The position numbers and the translations under genes were made by a program. A stretch of DNA of 64,000 nt from Candidatus Dormiibacterota bacterium (lineage in GTDB: Bacteria; Chloroflexota; Dormibacteria; Aeolococcales; Bog-877), in assembly GCA_035534695.1 (NCBI GenBank), contig DATLRN010000029.1:8771-72770 (forward strand). The letters are read 5' to 3'. Below, piece after piece: positions 17,557-26,596 of the stretch. How positions within the stretch are numbered: the first letter of the stretch is position 1; each line of letters opens with the position of its first letter. The notes below the pieces were generated by a model, which was not told the DNA's origin, made no database searches, and saw nothing but the letters and a program-made list of their open reading frames with translations.

Positions 17557-19964
17557 TCCGATCCCCCCCGAACCACCGCATTCAACGTGGCTAGGGCCTT
17601 GAGGACCCGAGCTCGCAACTGGTCTCCCTCACGGTGGGTAAGCGTTCTCACAGGATGGCGGAAGGTGAGTCTGAAGGTCCATCCCTTCTTGCCTTCCGGC
17701 AGCTGCTTGCCACGGTATAGATCGACCAGGCGAACCTCCTCCAGTTCGTCGATCCCGAGAGCCCGTACGGCTGATACAGCCCCGCCCAGCTCAGCACGCT
17801 CAGGCACCGTAACGGCAAGGTCCAGGGACAGTGCGGGGGTCTTGGCCAGACGGACACCCCGCCCCGGCCGACCGCCATCGACGAGCCAGCCATCGACGCT
17901 TAGTTCGGCCGCAACGGTCGTACCCCGCAGCTCTACCTCGGGTCCCTCTGCTGCCACCAGCTCGCCGAGCACCCCACGGCACTCCCCGGCCACCCAAACC
18001 TCGCTGCAGCGCTGGCGATGGAAGCCTGGATGTGGCGCGGGCCGGAATTCGATCTCCACCAAACCAACCCCATCCGCGAGCGCCTGCACCACTCCAAGGA
18101 GAGAGTTGAGTGCCATATCGGGCAACAGCGACTCGGTTCCCCAGAAGTTGTCGACCAGCGAAAGAACCTCCGGCTCCTCAGGGCGCCCAGCGCCATCAGG
18201 GCTGGGGCGGAAGACCCTTCCCCACTCGAAGAGCCTGATTCGCTCCTTGCCTCGCGACTGGTTCAGCTGACACGCTTGGAGTAGACCAGGCAAGCAGCTG
18301 ACCCTGAGTTCCGCCAACTGCGACGAGAGCGGATTAGAGAGACTCAGCGGCACGATGTCCGGAGCCAGGCCAGGTGAAACCCGAACCTGCTCTTTACCCA
18401 CGAGGCTTGATGTGATCGCCTCGGTGAACCCAGCACCTATGCAGATCTGCCCGGCCAACCGCTCGGCACGCACCAACCCGGGACTGCCGCTGGGAGGTTT
18501 CGTCAGCGGAGGGAGGGTCGAAGGAAGACTGTCATAGCCCAGGATGCGACCTACTTCCTCGGTGACATCCACGGGGATGCGCACATCGGTCCGGCTCGGG
18601 GGTGGCTGAACGGACAGATCCTCTCCTGCAATCTCGACTTCAAAGTCCAGAAGCTGGAGAGCCTCGGCCGCGGTCTGGGCATCCACCTCTGCGCCAAGCA
18701 GGCCCGACACGCTCCGCGCAGAGACCCTGATCGGATCCGCCGCCCGGGGAAGTCCCCCGTCAACCACCGCGCCCGGGCGCACCCGACCTCCGGTTACCTG
18801 TTCGACCAGGTGGACAAAGCGTTGCGCCCCCGCGGTCACCAGAGCAGGCGCCAAATCGCGCTCGTAGCGGGAGGATGCTTCAGTCCTGATCCCGAGCCGC
18901 CGAGTGCTGCGGCGGATCGAGATCCAGTTGAAGCTGGCGACCTCGAGGATTATTCGGGTCGTCGAGGGCTGCACCGCGGTGGCGCTGCCGCCGATGATCC
19001 CGGCCAGGGCCACCGGCTGCTTCGCAGCGGTGATCACCAGCGCATCCTCGACCGGACGCGTCTCGCCGTCCAAGCAGGCCAAGTGCTCACCAGAGCGACC
19101 ATGGCGGACCCCGATCTCGATCTGTCCCGGGCCACCCGGCAGGCGATCGAGATCGAAGGTGTGCACCGGCTGGCCCACCTCCAGCATTACGTAGTTGGCG
19201 AGGTCCACCACAGCTGAGATGGAGCGGCTCCCGACCGCCATCAGACGACGCTGCAGCCAGAGGGGGGCGGGCTTCGATCCGAGCTGGTCGATGCACTCCG
19301 CCAGGTAGATGGGACAGTCTTCAGTGGCCTCAACGCGCACCGACACCGCCTCCTGGGTCGGCGGGCCGGAACGGCTGAGAGCCTCAGTTTGCGGCTCATG
19401 CAGAGGGCGCCGGAACAGCGCCGAAAGTTCACGCGCCACCCCCCAGTGCGACAGGCAGTCGGCGCGGTTGCTGAGAATCTCCAGCTCGAGGATCGTGTCG
19501 CTGGGGAAGAGTTGGCTCAAGGGCGTCCCTGGCTCAGCCTCGCCCTCGGGCAGGAGCAGAACGCCCTCGTGGTCAGTACCCAGGCCGAGCTCGTCGGGGG
19601 CGCAGATCATGCCGTTGCTGAGCGCCCCTCTTATCCGGCGCTGGCCGAGCTTGAGTCCGCCCGGGAGCTCCGTTCCCGGGCGCGCCCAAGCGATGACTGC
19701 GCCGAGGTGCAGGTTGGGGGCGCCACAGACTACCTCCACCGGTTCCTGTCCCGGCACCCGCACCTTGGTCATCCAGAGGTGGTCACTGCCCTCCAACCGG
19801 CCCAGTTCGACCACCTCGGCCACCACCACCTGGTCCAGGCCACCGGCAAAGGGAAACGTTCGCTCCACCTCGGTGCCGCTGACCGTCAGCTGCTCTGCGA
19901 TCTGGCTGGGCGGCAAGTCACCCAGGTCCACGAACTCGCCGAGCCACTCCAGACTGACGCGCAT
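17553..19964 (-). CDS. pheT: Phenylalanine--tRNA ligase beta subunit
   Basis: ATG at 19962-19964 gives [14 protein letters not shown], the canonical PheT N-terminus (803 aa), and overlaps the pheS TGA (TGATG). The 870-aa track ORF is an upstream read-through. Confidence 0.93.
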   Translation of the reverse strand: MRVSLEWLGEFVDLGDLPPSQIAEQLTVSGTEVERTFPFAGGLDQVVVAEVVELGRLEGSDHLWMTKVRVPGQEPVEVVCGAPNLHLGAVIAWARPGTELPGGLKLGQRRIRGALSNGMICAPDELGLGTDHEGVLLLPEGEAEPGTPLSQLFPSDTILELEILSNRADCLSHWGVARELSALFRRPLHEPQTEALSRSGPPTQEAVSVRVEATEDCPIYLAECIDQLGSKPAPLWLQRRLMAVGSRSISAVVDLANYVMLEVGQPVHTFDLDRLPGGPGQIEIGVRHGRSGEHLACLDGETRPVEDALVITAAKQPVALAGIIGGSATAVQPSTTRIILEVASFNWISIRRSTRRLGIRTEASSRYERDLAPALVTAGAQRFVHLVEQVTGGRVRPGAVVDGGLPRAADPIRVSARSVSGLLGAEVDAQTAAEALQLLDFEVEIAGEDLSVQPPPSRTDVRIPVDVTEEVGRILGYDSLPSTLPPLTKPPSGSPGLVRAERLAGQICIGAGFTEAITSSLVGKEQVRVSPGLAPDIVPLSLSNPLSSQLAELRVSCLPGLLQACQLNQSRGKERIRLFEWGRVFRPSPDGAGRPEEPEVLSLVDNFWGTESLLPDMALNSLLGVVQALADGVGLVEIEFRPAPHPGFHRQRCSEVWVAGECRGVLGELVAAEGPEVELRGTTVAAELSVDGWLVDGGRPGRGVRLAKTPALSLDLAVTVPERAELGGAVSAVRALGIDELEEVRLVDLYRGKQLPEGKKGWTFRLTFRHPVRTLTHREGDQLRARVLKALATLNAVVRGGSE

Positions 19965-20998
19965 CAGAAGTTGCTCAGCAGGCGCAGGTCGTTCTCGTAT
20001 AGGTCGCGGATGTCCTCGAGACCGTACTTGAGGGCGGCGATCCGGTCCGGGCCCATGCCAAAGGCAAAGCCGCTGTAGCGCTCTAGATCCACGCCCGCGT
20101 TGCGGAGGACGTTGGGGTGCACCATGCCCGAGCCGAGGATCTCGATCCAGCCTTTGCCCAGGCAACTGCGGCAGCCCTCGCCGTTGCAGAACCAGCAGGA
20201 CACGTCCGCCTCCAGGCTGGGCTCGGTGAAGGAGAAGTAGCTGGACCGTAGGCGCACCTTGCGCTCCTTGCCGAAGATGGCTTGAGCGAAGTAGATCAGG
20301 GTCCCCTTGAGGTCCGCCAGGGTGACTCCCTCATCGACGCAGAGGCCCTCAACCTGGTGGAACATGGGGTTGTGGGTGGGATCCGGGTTGTCCCGCCGGT
20401 AGACGCGCCCCGGGGCCAGGATGCGATACGGAGGAGGCCCGGCCATCATGGTCCGCAGCTGCACCGGCGAGGTGTGGGTGCGCAGCAACCATCCCTGCGC
20501 CGGTCCCTCCAGGTAGAAGGTGTCGTGGGTGTCACGAGCGGGATGGGCTGGAGGCAGATTGAGCAGCTCGAAGTTGAACTGATCGTCCTCGACCTCAGGA
20601 CCACGGACCGACTCGTAGCCCAGAGCCCGTCCGATGTCCTCGATCTCCCGGATCAGCCGAGCGACCGGATGCTGGTGACCTCTTGCCAGTGGGGAGCGTG
20701 GGTAGCTCAGGTCCAGCCACTCGTCCGCCTGGTCGGCTTCCCGCCGACTCGCCCGGAGCTCGCCCAGACGCCGCTCCAGGGCCGCCTCGGTCGCCTGCTT
20801 GGCGGAGTTGAAGGCCCTCCCCAGTCCAGCTCGCTGGTCCTGAGGAGCTTGGGCCAGGGCCTGGGCTCCTGAGCTGATCAGGCCGCCGTGGCGGCCCAGG
20901 TACCGGAGACGCACCTGCTCCAGTTGGTCTTGATCGACCGCCCCGGCGATTTCCTCCAGGGCCTGCTCGCCAAGTGCCTGGAGGTCGCCCTCAGTCAC
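19964..20998 (-). CDS. pheS: Phenylalanine--tRNA ligase alpha subunit
   Basis: Class II motifs ([42 protein letters not shown]). Confidence 0.95.
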   Translation of the reverse strand: MTEGDLQALGEQALEEIAGAVDQDQLEQVRLRYLGRHGGLISSGAQALAQAPQDQRAGLGRAFNSAKQATEAALERRLGELRASRREADQADEWLDLSYPRSPLARGHQHPVARLIREIEDIGRALGYESVRGPEVEDDQFNFELLNLPPAHPARDTHDTFYLEGPAQGWLLRTHTSPVQLRTMMAGPPPYRILAPGRVYRRDNPDPTHNPMFHQVEGLCVDEGVTLADLKGTLIYFAQAIFGKERKVRLRSSYFSFTEPSLEADVSCWFCNGEGCRSCLGKGWIEILGSGMVHPNVLRNAGVDLERYSGFAFGMGPDRIAALKYGLEDIRDLYENDLRLLSNF

Positions 20999-21357
20999 TG
21001 GTCGGGCGCCGTCTCCCGCACTACCTCAACCAGCCGTGCAAAGGCCGCCGGGTCGTGAATCGCCAGCTCCGAGATCTGCTTGCGCGAGAGCTCCACTCCG
21101 GAGCGACTGAGGCCGGCGATGAAGCGGCTGTAGGGAATGCCGGCCTGGCGCGAGGCGGCATTGATGCGGGCGATCCAGAGCCGCCGGAAGTTGCCCTTGC
21201 GCTTGCGCCGGTCGCGGTACTGGTAGGCCAGCGAGTGCATGACCGCCTCGTTGGCGGGCCGGAAGAGGCGATTGTGAGTGCCGCTGAAGCCGGAGGCCAG
21301 CTCGAGGACTTTCTTGTGGCGCTTACGGGCGGTGACCCCGCGCTTGACCCGGGCCAC
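20995..21357 (-). CDS. rplT: 50S ribosomal protein L20
   Basis: [24 protein letters not shown]. Confidence 0.96.
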   Translation of the reverse strand: MARVKRGVTARKRHKKVLELASGFSGTHNRLFRPANEAVMHSLAYQYRDRRKRKGNFRRLWIARINAASRQAGIPYSRFIAGLSRSGVELSRKQISELAIHDPAAFARLVEVVRETAPDQ

Positions 21358-21360
21358 GGC

Positions 21361-21564
21361 TCAGCCCTTCAGGTAAGGCGCGTTCTGCCTCACCGACTTG
21401 GCACTGCCCTTGTCGACGGGGTGCATCTGGGCATAGCCGCGCTTACGTTTGGCCGACTTGTGCTCGAGCATGTGGGACTGGAAGGCGCCCCGGCGCAGCA
21501 GCTTACCCGTCCCCGACAGGCGGAACCGCTTCTGGGTTCCCTTGTGGGTGCGGATCTTCGGCAT
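21361..21564 (-). CDS. rpmI: 50S ribosomal protein L35
   Basis: MPKIRTHKGTQKRFRLSGTGK. A GGGAGG Shine-Dalgarno sequence lies upstream. Confidence 0.95.
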   Translation of the reverse strand: MPKIRTHKGTQKRFRLSGTGKLLRRGAFQSHMLEHKSAKRKRGYAQMHPVDKGSAKSVRQNAPYLKG

Positions 21565-22123
21565 GGTTGCTGGCGCCTCCCTTAGGTAGCTTCTTCGAGA
21601 CCGGGTTGAGGATCATGATCATATTGCGCCCCTCGACCAGAGGTGAGCGCTCGATCTGGGCCACGTCCTTGACTTCCTCAGCCAGCCGGTCGAGCAGAGC
21701 TCGGCCAATCTCCTGATGAACCAACTCCCGGCCCCGGAACATGATAGTGAGCTTGACCTTGTCGCCTTCTTCCAGGAAGTGACGGACGTAGCCGTACTTG
21801 GTCTGGAAATCGTGCTCGCTGATCTTGGGGCGGAGCTTCATCTCCTTGAGCCGGATCGAGTTGTGCTCGCGCCGGGCATCCTTTTCCCGCTTGAGAGCCT
21901 CGAACTTGAAGCGCCCGTAGTCCATCAGCCGGCAGACCGGGGGCTGGGCCTGGGGAGCCACCTCGACCAGGTCGAGACCACGCTCCTGAGCCAGGAGCTG
22001 GGCATCGCCAATGGTGACGATCCCGAGCGCCTCGTCGTTGGTGTCGTCGAAAAGTCGAATCGAAGGGACGCGGATCTGATCGTTGATACGCAGTTCGCGA
22101 AACGCTATGGACGAATCCTCCAC
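21503..22123 (-). CDS. infC: Translation initiation factor IF-3
   Basis: RINDQIRVPSIRLFDD...LGIV and KEMKLRPKISEHDFQTK. The track start is GTG at 22123. ATA at 22106-22108, 8 nt after GGAGG, is the more likely start. The 3' end overlaps rpmI by 62 nt. Confidence 0.92.
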   Translation of the reverse strand: MEDSSIAFRELRINDQIRVPSIRLFDDTNDEALGIVTIGDAQLLAQERGLDLVEVAPQAQPPVCRLMDYGRFKFEALKREKDARREHNSIRLKEMKLRPKISEHDFQTKYGYVRHFLEEGDKVKLTIMFRGRELVHQEIGRALLDRLAEEVKDVAQIERSPLVEGRNMIMILNPVSKKLPKGGASNHAEDPHPQGNPEAVPPVGDG

Positions 22124-22187
22124 AAACCGGATAAGGAATCCCGGATGCTATCACTGAGGCCGGTCGTTCCGGCCCCGGGCCTACGGT

Positions 22188-23924
22188 TCAGCTGCCGACC
22201 TCGGCCCGCAGCTTCCCGATCAGTTCGTCAACGGAGATCGGGCTCTCCTCCCCGCTGCGGTTGTTGCGCAGGTTGACGTTGCTGCCCAATACCTCTCTCT
22301 TACCCACGATGGCGGCATAGGGAACCTTGGCCAACTGGGAGTCCCTGATCTTGGCTCCCATCCGGTCGCCGGGGCGATCAGGCACCTCGGTCCGGAATCC
22401 CGCCTCCTCCAACTTGAGCGCCACTTGGTGAGCATAGTCCAGCTGGTCGTCGCTGACGGTAATGACTTGGACTTGAATCGGTGACAACCAGGTGGGCAAG
22501 GCCCCCGCGTAGTGCTCCAGAAGTACCCCCACGAAGCGCTCCATGGAGCCCAGCAGGGTGCGATGGATCATCACCGGCTGGTGCGGGGCCCCGTCAGCCC
22601 CGACGTACTCGAGACCGAAGCGGGCGGGTTCGTTGAAGTCGAACTGGACGGTGGCACACTGCCAGCGCCGGCCGATGGCGTCGCGAATGTGGACGTCGAC
22701 CTTGGGCCCGTAGAAGGCGCCCTCACCGGCGTCGACCTTGTACTCCAGCCCCTCCGCCTCAATCACCCGGGCCAGGGAGGCTTCGGCCTGATCCCAGAGC
22801 TCGTTGGCGCCGACCGCCTTGGCCGGCCTGGTGCTGAGGTCGACCTCCACTTGATCGAAGCCGAAGCGGCTGTACATCTGGCGGACCAGGCGCAGGACCC
22901 CGGCCACCTCCTCATCCACCTGCTCGGGGCGGCAGAAGATGTGGGCGTCGTCCTGGGTGATCATGCGAACCCGGAGCAGGCCATGCAGGGTCCCGCTGCG
23001 CTGATAGCGGTAGACGGTGGCGATCTCGGCCAGGCGGAGCGGCAGCTCCCGATAGCTGCGGGCCTTGGACTTGTAGATCTCGATGTGGAAGGGGCAACTC
23101 ATCGGTTTGACCCGATAGCGGTCGCCCTCTACCTCCATCGCCCCGAACATCTCGTCGGCGAAGTAGCCGAGATGGCCGCTTGTCTCCCAGAGCTGCTCGC
23201 GGGCCAGATGCGGGGTACATACGAGCTTGTAGCCGGCCCGCCGGTGGGCGGCCCGCCAGTAGTCCTCGATCACGTTCTTGACCGTGGCGCCATGGGGATG
23301 CCAGAGGATGAGCCCGGGGCCAACGTCTTCGGCGATAGAGAAGAGGTCCAGCTCCCGACCCAGCTTGCGGTGGTCGCGGAGGGCGGCCTGTTCCAACCGT
23401 TCCAGGTAGTCGGCCAGCTCCCCTTCCGAGTTCCAGGCGGTGCCGTAGACACGCTGCAGCATGGGCTGGGTCTCGTCTCCGTGCCAGTAGGCCCCGGCGG
23501 GGTGAGTCAACTTGAAGGCGGGAATCTCCGAGGCGTCGTGAACGTGGGGACCCCGGCAGAGGTCGAAGAAGTCCCCGGTCCGGTAGCAGCTGATCACATC
23601 GCCCTCGGGGATACGCTCGATCAGCTCGACCTTGAAGCGCTGCTGGCGGCGCTCGAACTCCGCCAGAGCCTCTTGCCGAGTGAGCTCTTCCCGCTGGTAC
23701 TCGGGCTTGCGCCCGGCAATCTCTCGCATCCGGGCCTCGATCAGGGGCAGGTCTTCGTCGGTGAAGCGGTGATCTTGGGGCAGGAGGAAGTCGTAGTAGA
23801 AACCGTCCTCGATCGACGGCCCGATGCCGTACTCGGCCCCAGGCCAGATCTCACAGACCGCGGCGGCCATCAGGTGGGCCGCGCTGTGACGGAGGATTTC
23901 CAGATCAACGCCCTTCTCAACCAT
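22188..23924 (-). CDS. thrS: Threonine--tRNA ligase, short form without an N-terminal TGS domain
   Basis: ATG at 23922-23924 gives MVEKGVDLEILRHSAAHLMAAA (editing-domain HxxxH), followed by the class II core and anticodon-binding domain. The track ORF extension to 24020 overlaps the tRNA gene and has no ThrRS similarity. Confidence 0.9.
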   Translation of the reverse strand: MVEKGVDLEILRHSAAHLMAAAVCEIWPGAEYGIGPSIEDGFYYDFLLPQDHRFTDEDLPLIEARMREIAGRKPEYQREELTRQEALAEFERRQQRFKVELIERIPEGDVISCYRTGDFFDLCRGPHVHDASEIPAFKLTHPAGAYWHGDETQPMLQRVYGTAWNSEGELADYLERLEQAALRDHRKLGRELDLFSIAEDVGPGLILWHPHGATVKNVIEDYWRAAHRRAGYKLVCTPHLAREQLWETSGHLGYFADEMFGAMEVEGDRYRVKPMSCPFHIEIYKSKARSYRELPLRLAEIATVYRYQRSGTLHGLLRVRMITQDDAHIFCRPEQVDEEVAGVLRLVRQMYSRFGFDQVEVDLSTRPAKAVGANELWDQAEASLARVIEAEGLEYKVDAGEGAFYGPKVDVHIRDAIGRRWQCATVQFDFNEPARFGLEYVGADGAPHQPVMIHRTLLGSMERFVGVLLEHYAGALPTWLSPIQVQVITVSDDQLDYAHQVALKLEEAGFRTEVPDRPGDRMGAKIRDSQLAKVPYAAIVGKREVLGSNVNLRNNRSGEESPISVDELIGKLRAEVGS

Positions 23925-23984
23925 GCTTGTGGGCTCGATTGTATGAGAGCGCCGGGACGGGCCAGGATGGCAGCCGTCCGAAGC

Positions 23985-23990
23985 TATAAT
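23985..23990 (+). promoter_or_regulatory. Candidate -10 element (perfect TATAAT) for tRNA-Val
   Basis: TATAAT lies 22 nt upstream of the mature tRNA 5' end in an otherwise GC-rich spacer. No good -35 is visible. Confidence 0.45.
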
Positions 23991-24012
23991 CCGGTCACCC
24001 CGACCCCCGAGA

Positions 24013-24089
24013 GGGCGCATAGCTCAGGTGGTTAGAGCGCTACCCTGACACGGTAGAGGCCCCAGGTTCGACTCCTGGTGCGCCCACCA
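24013..24089 (+). tRNA. tRNA-Val (anticodon GAC), CCA encoded
   Basis: Hand-folded cloverleaf. Acceptor GGGCGCA/UGCGCCC, D stem GCUC/GAGC, anticodon stem CUACC/GGUAG with loop CU-GAC-AC, variable loop AGGCC, T arm CCAGG-UUCGACU-CCUGG, discriminator A, then CCA. Confidence 0.95.
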
Positions 24090-24116
24090 CCTGGACTGAG
24101 GCCACGAGGAGCCGCC

Positions 24117-24494
24117 ATGTCACTCACTCCAAGCAACGGGAAGATCTGCTACCTGGCAATCCCGACCCAGGATCCGAAGGCTTCCTCGAATTTCTACCGG
24201 GAGGTCTTCGGCTGGACTGTGCGCCGGCGCGGCGACGGCGCGATCGCCTTCGATGACGCGACCGGCCAGGTCAGCGGCACCTGGACGACGGCCACTACCC
24301 CTTCACCGCCCGGGATCCTCGTCTACATCATGGTCGACAGCGTGACCGCGGCTCTGGGGGCAGTGGTGGCCCACGGAGGCGAGGTCGTGCAACCGGTGGG
24401 CCAGGACCTCCCCGAGATCACCGCCCGGTTCCGCGATCCCGGCGGCAACGTGATCGGCCTCTACCAGGAGCCGGAGCACCCCTCCGGGGGCTGA
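24117..24494 (+). CDS. VOC (glyoxalase/bleomycin-resistance/dioxygenase) family protein
   Basis: MSLTPSNGKICYLAIPT...FYREVFGW...ARFRDPGGNVIGLYQEP is a typical small VOC fold. ATG lies 6 nt after GAGGA. The track start at 24078 lies inside the tRNA. Confidence 0.8.
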   Translation: MSLTPSNGKICYLAIPTQDPKASSNFYREVFGWTVRRRGDGAIAFDDATGQVSGTWTTATTPSPPGILVYIMVDSVTAALGAVVAHGGEVVQPVGQDLPEITARFRDPGGNVIGLYQEPEHPSGG

Positions 24495-24619
24495 AAGCGC
24501 GACCCAGACGGGCCCGATTTGATGACAGCTTGTCCACAGCTAGGGATGGGGATACTGGGCACAACCGGGGCCGTCCAGAGGGGCTGGAAAAGTACCAATT
24601 TTTATAGTTGTTATGAGCA

Positions 24620-24649
24620 TTGACAGGGGCCCCTTAACCAGTCTCTAAT
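24620..24649 (+). promoter_or_regulatory. Sigma-70-like promoter: TTGACA-N18-TCTAAT preceded by a 25%-GC UP-like tract
   Basis: TTGACA at 24620-24625 and TCTAAT at 24644-24649. The 32 nt at 24588-24619 contain only 8 G/C. A GTG start codon follows at 24658, 8 nt after the -10. Confidence 0.5.
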
Positions 24650-24657
24650 AACCCTCC

Positions 24658-24939
24658 GTGGCGCGCTCCTCCCGGCCCCTACCAGCAGTCCTGCGGGCCT
24701 GCGCTCGAGTTGGCTGCGCCGCCCTGGTGAAGAAGCAGACCGCCAAGTACTGCAGCGTCCGCTGCTCCAGCCTGGACCCGGATCGGCGGGCCCGTCTCCG
24801 CGAGCGAGCCCGGTCCGCTCGGGTGCTCCCCTTGGCCCGCCAGCTCCGCCTCGACTTCGAGAGTGAGGAGATGGGTCTGGCCCTTCTTGACAACGGCCGC
24901 GAGGAGATCCCGTTGGGGCTCTCCCGCTGGGCAGTCTGA
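24658..24939 (+). CDS. Small basic Zn-ribbon-like protein (93 aa), function unknown
   Basis: High GC3 in this frame. Motif CARVGCAALVKKQTAKYCSVRC (C-x4-C-x10-YCS-x2-C). Arg-rich. Confidence 0.55.
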   Translation: MARSSRPLPAVLRACARVGCAALVKKQTAKYCSVRCSSLDPDRRARLRERARSARVLPLARQLRLDFESEEMGLALLDNGREEIPLGLSRWAV

Positions 24940-24979
24940 CCTAGTCAGTACCCGTCTCTTCCGCTTCTTGAGATCGGTG

Positions 24980-25162
24980 CTAGCGCCGGGCTGAGGTGGG
25001 GACCATCGAAGCCACGGCGCTGCGGATGTCGGCATCGGTCACGGTGACCAAGAGGCTCAGCTCGCAGCTTTGGCAGACGATGTGGAAGGTAGTCGGCTCC
25101 GGGATGGCCCGGGCCACCTCCTGACGGAGTCCGCAGCTTTCGCAAGTGACGACGGCTCGCAT
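24980..25162 (-). CDS. Small CxxC...CxxC zinc-ribbon protein (60 aa), function unknown
   Basis: MRAVVTCESCGLRQEV...HIVCQSCELSLLV (C-x2-C-x21-C-x2-C). High GC3. Downstream of the MFS gene on the same strand. Confidence 0.55.
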   Translation of the reverse strand: MRAVVTCESCGLRQEVARAIPEPTTFHIVCQSCELSLLVTVTDADIRSAVASMVPTSARR

Positions 25163-25254
25163 GCTGTCATTTAGCTCGCCTCCCGAGGAAGTGGCTACCT
25201 TCGATAACGGACTTCGACATCTCGCTACGCGGCCGTAACCGTGGCCCGAGTGGG

Positions 25255-26583
25255 CTATCCGGTGGAGGCCAGCCCCCAGCGCTGCCTGAAGGCGACGAAT
25301 CCGGTGCCAATCAGGGCTACCCCCAGCGCGCCCACCACATCGCTGGCCCCGACCACGTCGGCGATGGCCCCGGCCAGGAGCAGAGGGACGGCGATGGCCA
25401 GATTGATGGCCAAAAAAGCGCCGCCAAAGATCTTCCCCCGGGTAGCTTCTTCGGTCGCCTCCTGGATCATGGTCAGACAGGGGATCAGCACCGCACCCAG
25501 GCCAATCCCGAAGAGCACCGCCAGACTGATCGCCAGGGGCACGAGGGCACCGTCGATACGGAGACGGTCCAGGATCGGGGGAAGCACACCGAGGACGATC
25601 ATGGCCACTCCGGCGATGCCCAGGCCCTTGGTCACGGTGCCCGGGCCCGGACTCTGCGAGGAGGCACGTCGGCTCAGGACAGTTCCGGCCACCACCATCC
25701 CGATGGTGGCCGGGATGAGCAGGATGTAGCTGTCGTGGGGGCTGCGCAGGAGCACGTGCTGCATGTAGCCGGCGGAGAGGGCAAAGATGGTGAAGACGAT
25801 GGCTAGGGCCAGGGTCAGCATGGCAAAGGCGAAGGGCAGGATGGGACTGACCCGGACCACATTCCAGGTCTCGCGGATCTCGGTCCAGGTACTTCGCCAG
25901 GGAGCCCGCATCGCCTTGCCTCCGGCCGCCGCCGGGGCCGCCAGCTTGGGCTTGATCAACCAGATGGCGCCGGCGGCGACGGCAAAGAGTCCGGCGCCGA
26001 AGTAGTAGGGACCCTCGAGGCCGAGCATGCCCTGAGCCACCGAGGCCAGGGGGACCGAGAGCACGATGGTGACGATGATGGTGATGGTGAAGAGCGAAGT
26101 GGCCGCCGCCAGGTCGCGGCGCTTGACCAAGCTAGGGATGCTGGCCGCCTCAGCGGGCGCGAAGAGCTGGCCCACCCCGGCGAAGACGAAGGTGATGACG
26201 TAGAGCGGCAGCACCTGGTGCTGGGCCACCCCGGTGATCTCCAGCAGCGGCACCCCGAGGACCATCACCCCGCGGGAGAGGTTGGTCCAGATCATCAGGG
26301 TCTTTTTGTCGTACCGGTCGGCGAATATTCCGGCCGGGATCGAGAGGAAGACGGCGGGGATGGTGTAGGCCAGCAGTAGGGCAGCGTCGCTCAGGTAGAG
26401 GTGAGTCAGCGAGTAGATGGACAGCAGGAGGGAGAAAGCGAAGAACTTGTCCCCCAGCTGAGCGGCCACCTGAGCGCCCCAGAGGAGCCGAAAGTCTCGC
26501 CCGCGGAGTACCTGGCGGAAGCCGGTCGGACCGGAATCTACGGCCGCCTCAGTGGACGATCCCGGAGGGGCCTCGACCGGCAT
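25255..26583 (-). CDS. MFS transporter
   Basis: 442 aa with about 12 hydrophobic segments. FADRYDKK loop motif between TM2 and TM3. Confidence 0.85.
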   Translation of the reverse strand: MPVEAPPGSSTEAAVDSGPTGFRQVLRGRDFRLLWGAQVAAQLGDKFFAFSLLLSIYSLTHLYLSDAALLLAYTIPAVFLSIPAGIFADRYDKKTLMIWTNLSRGVMVLGVPLLEITGVAQHQVLPLYVITFVFAGVGQLFAPAEAASIPSLVKRRDLAAATSLFTITIIVTIVLSVPLASVAQGMLGLEGPYYFGAGLFAVAAGAIWLIKPKLAAPAAAGGKAMRAPWRSTWTEIRETWNVVRVSPILPFAFAMLTLALAIVFTIFALSAGYMQHVLLRSPHDSYILLIPATIGMVVAGTVLSRRASSQSPGPGTVTKGLGIAGVAMIVLGVLPPILDRLRIDGALVPLAISLAVLFGIGLGAVLIPCLTMIQEATEEATRGKIFGGAFLAINLAIAVPLLLAGAIADVVGASDVVGALGVALIGTGFVAFRQRWGLASTG

Positions 26584-26596
26584 GGCGGCGAATATA

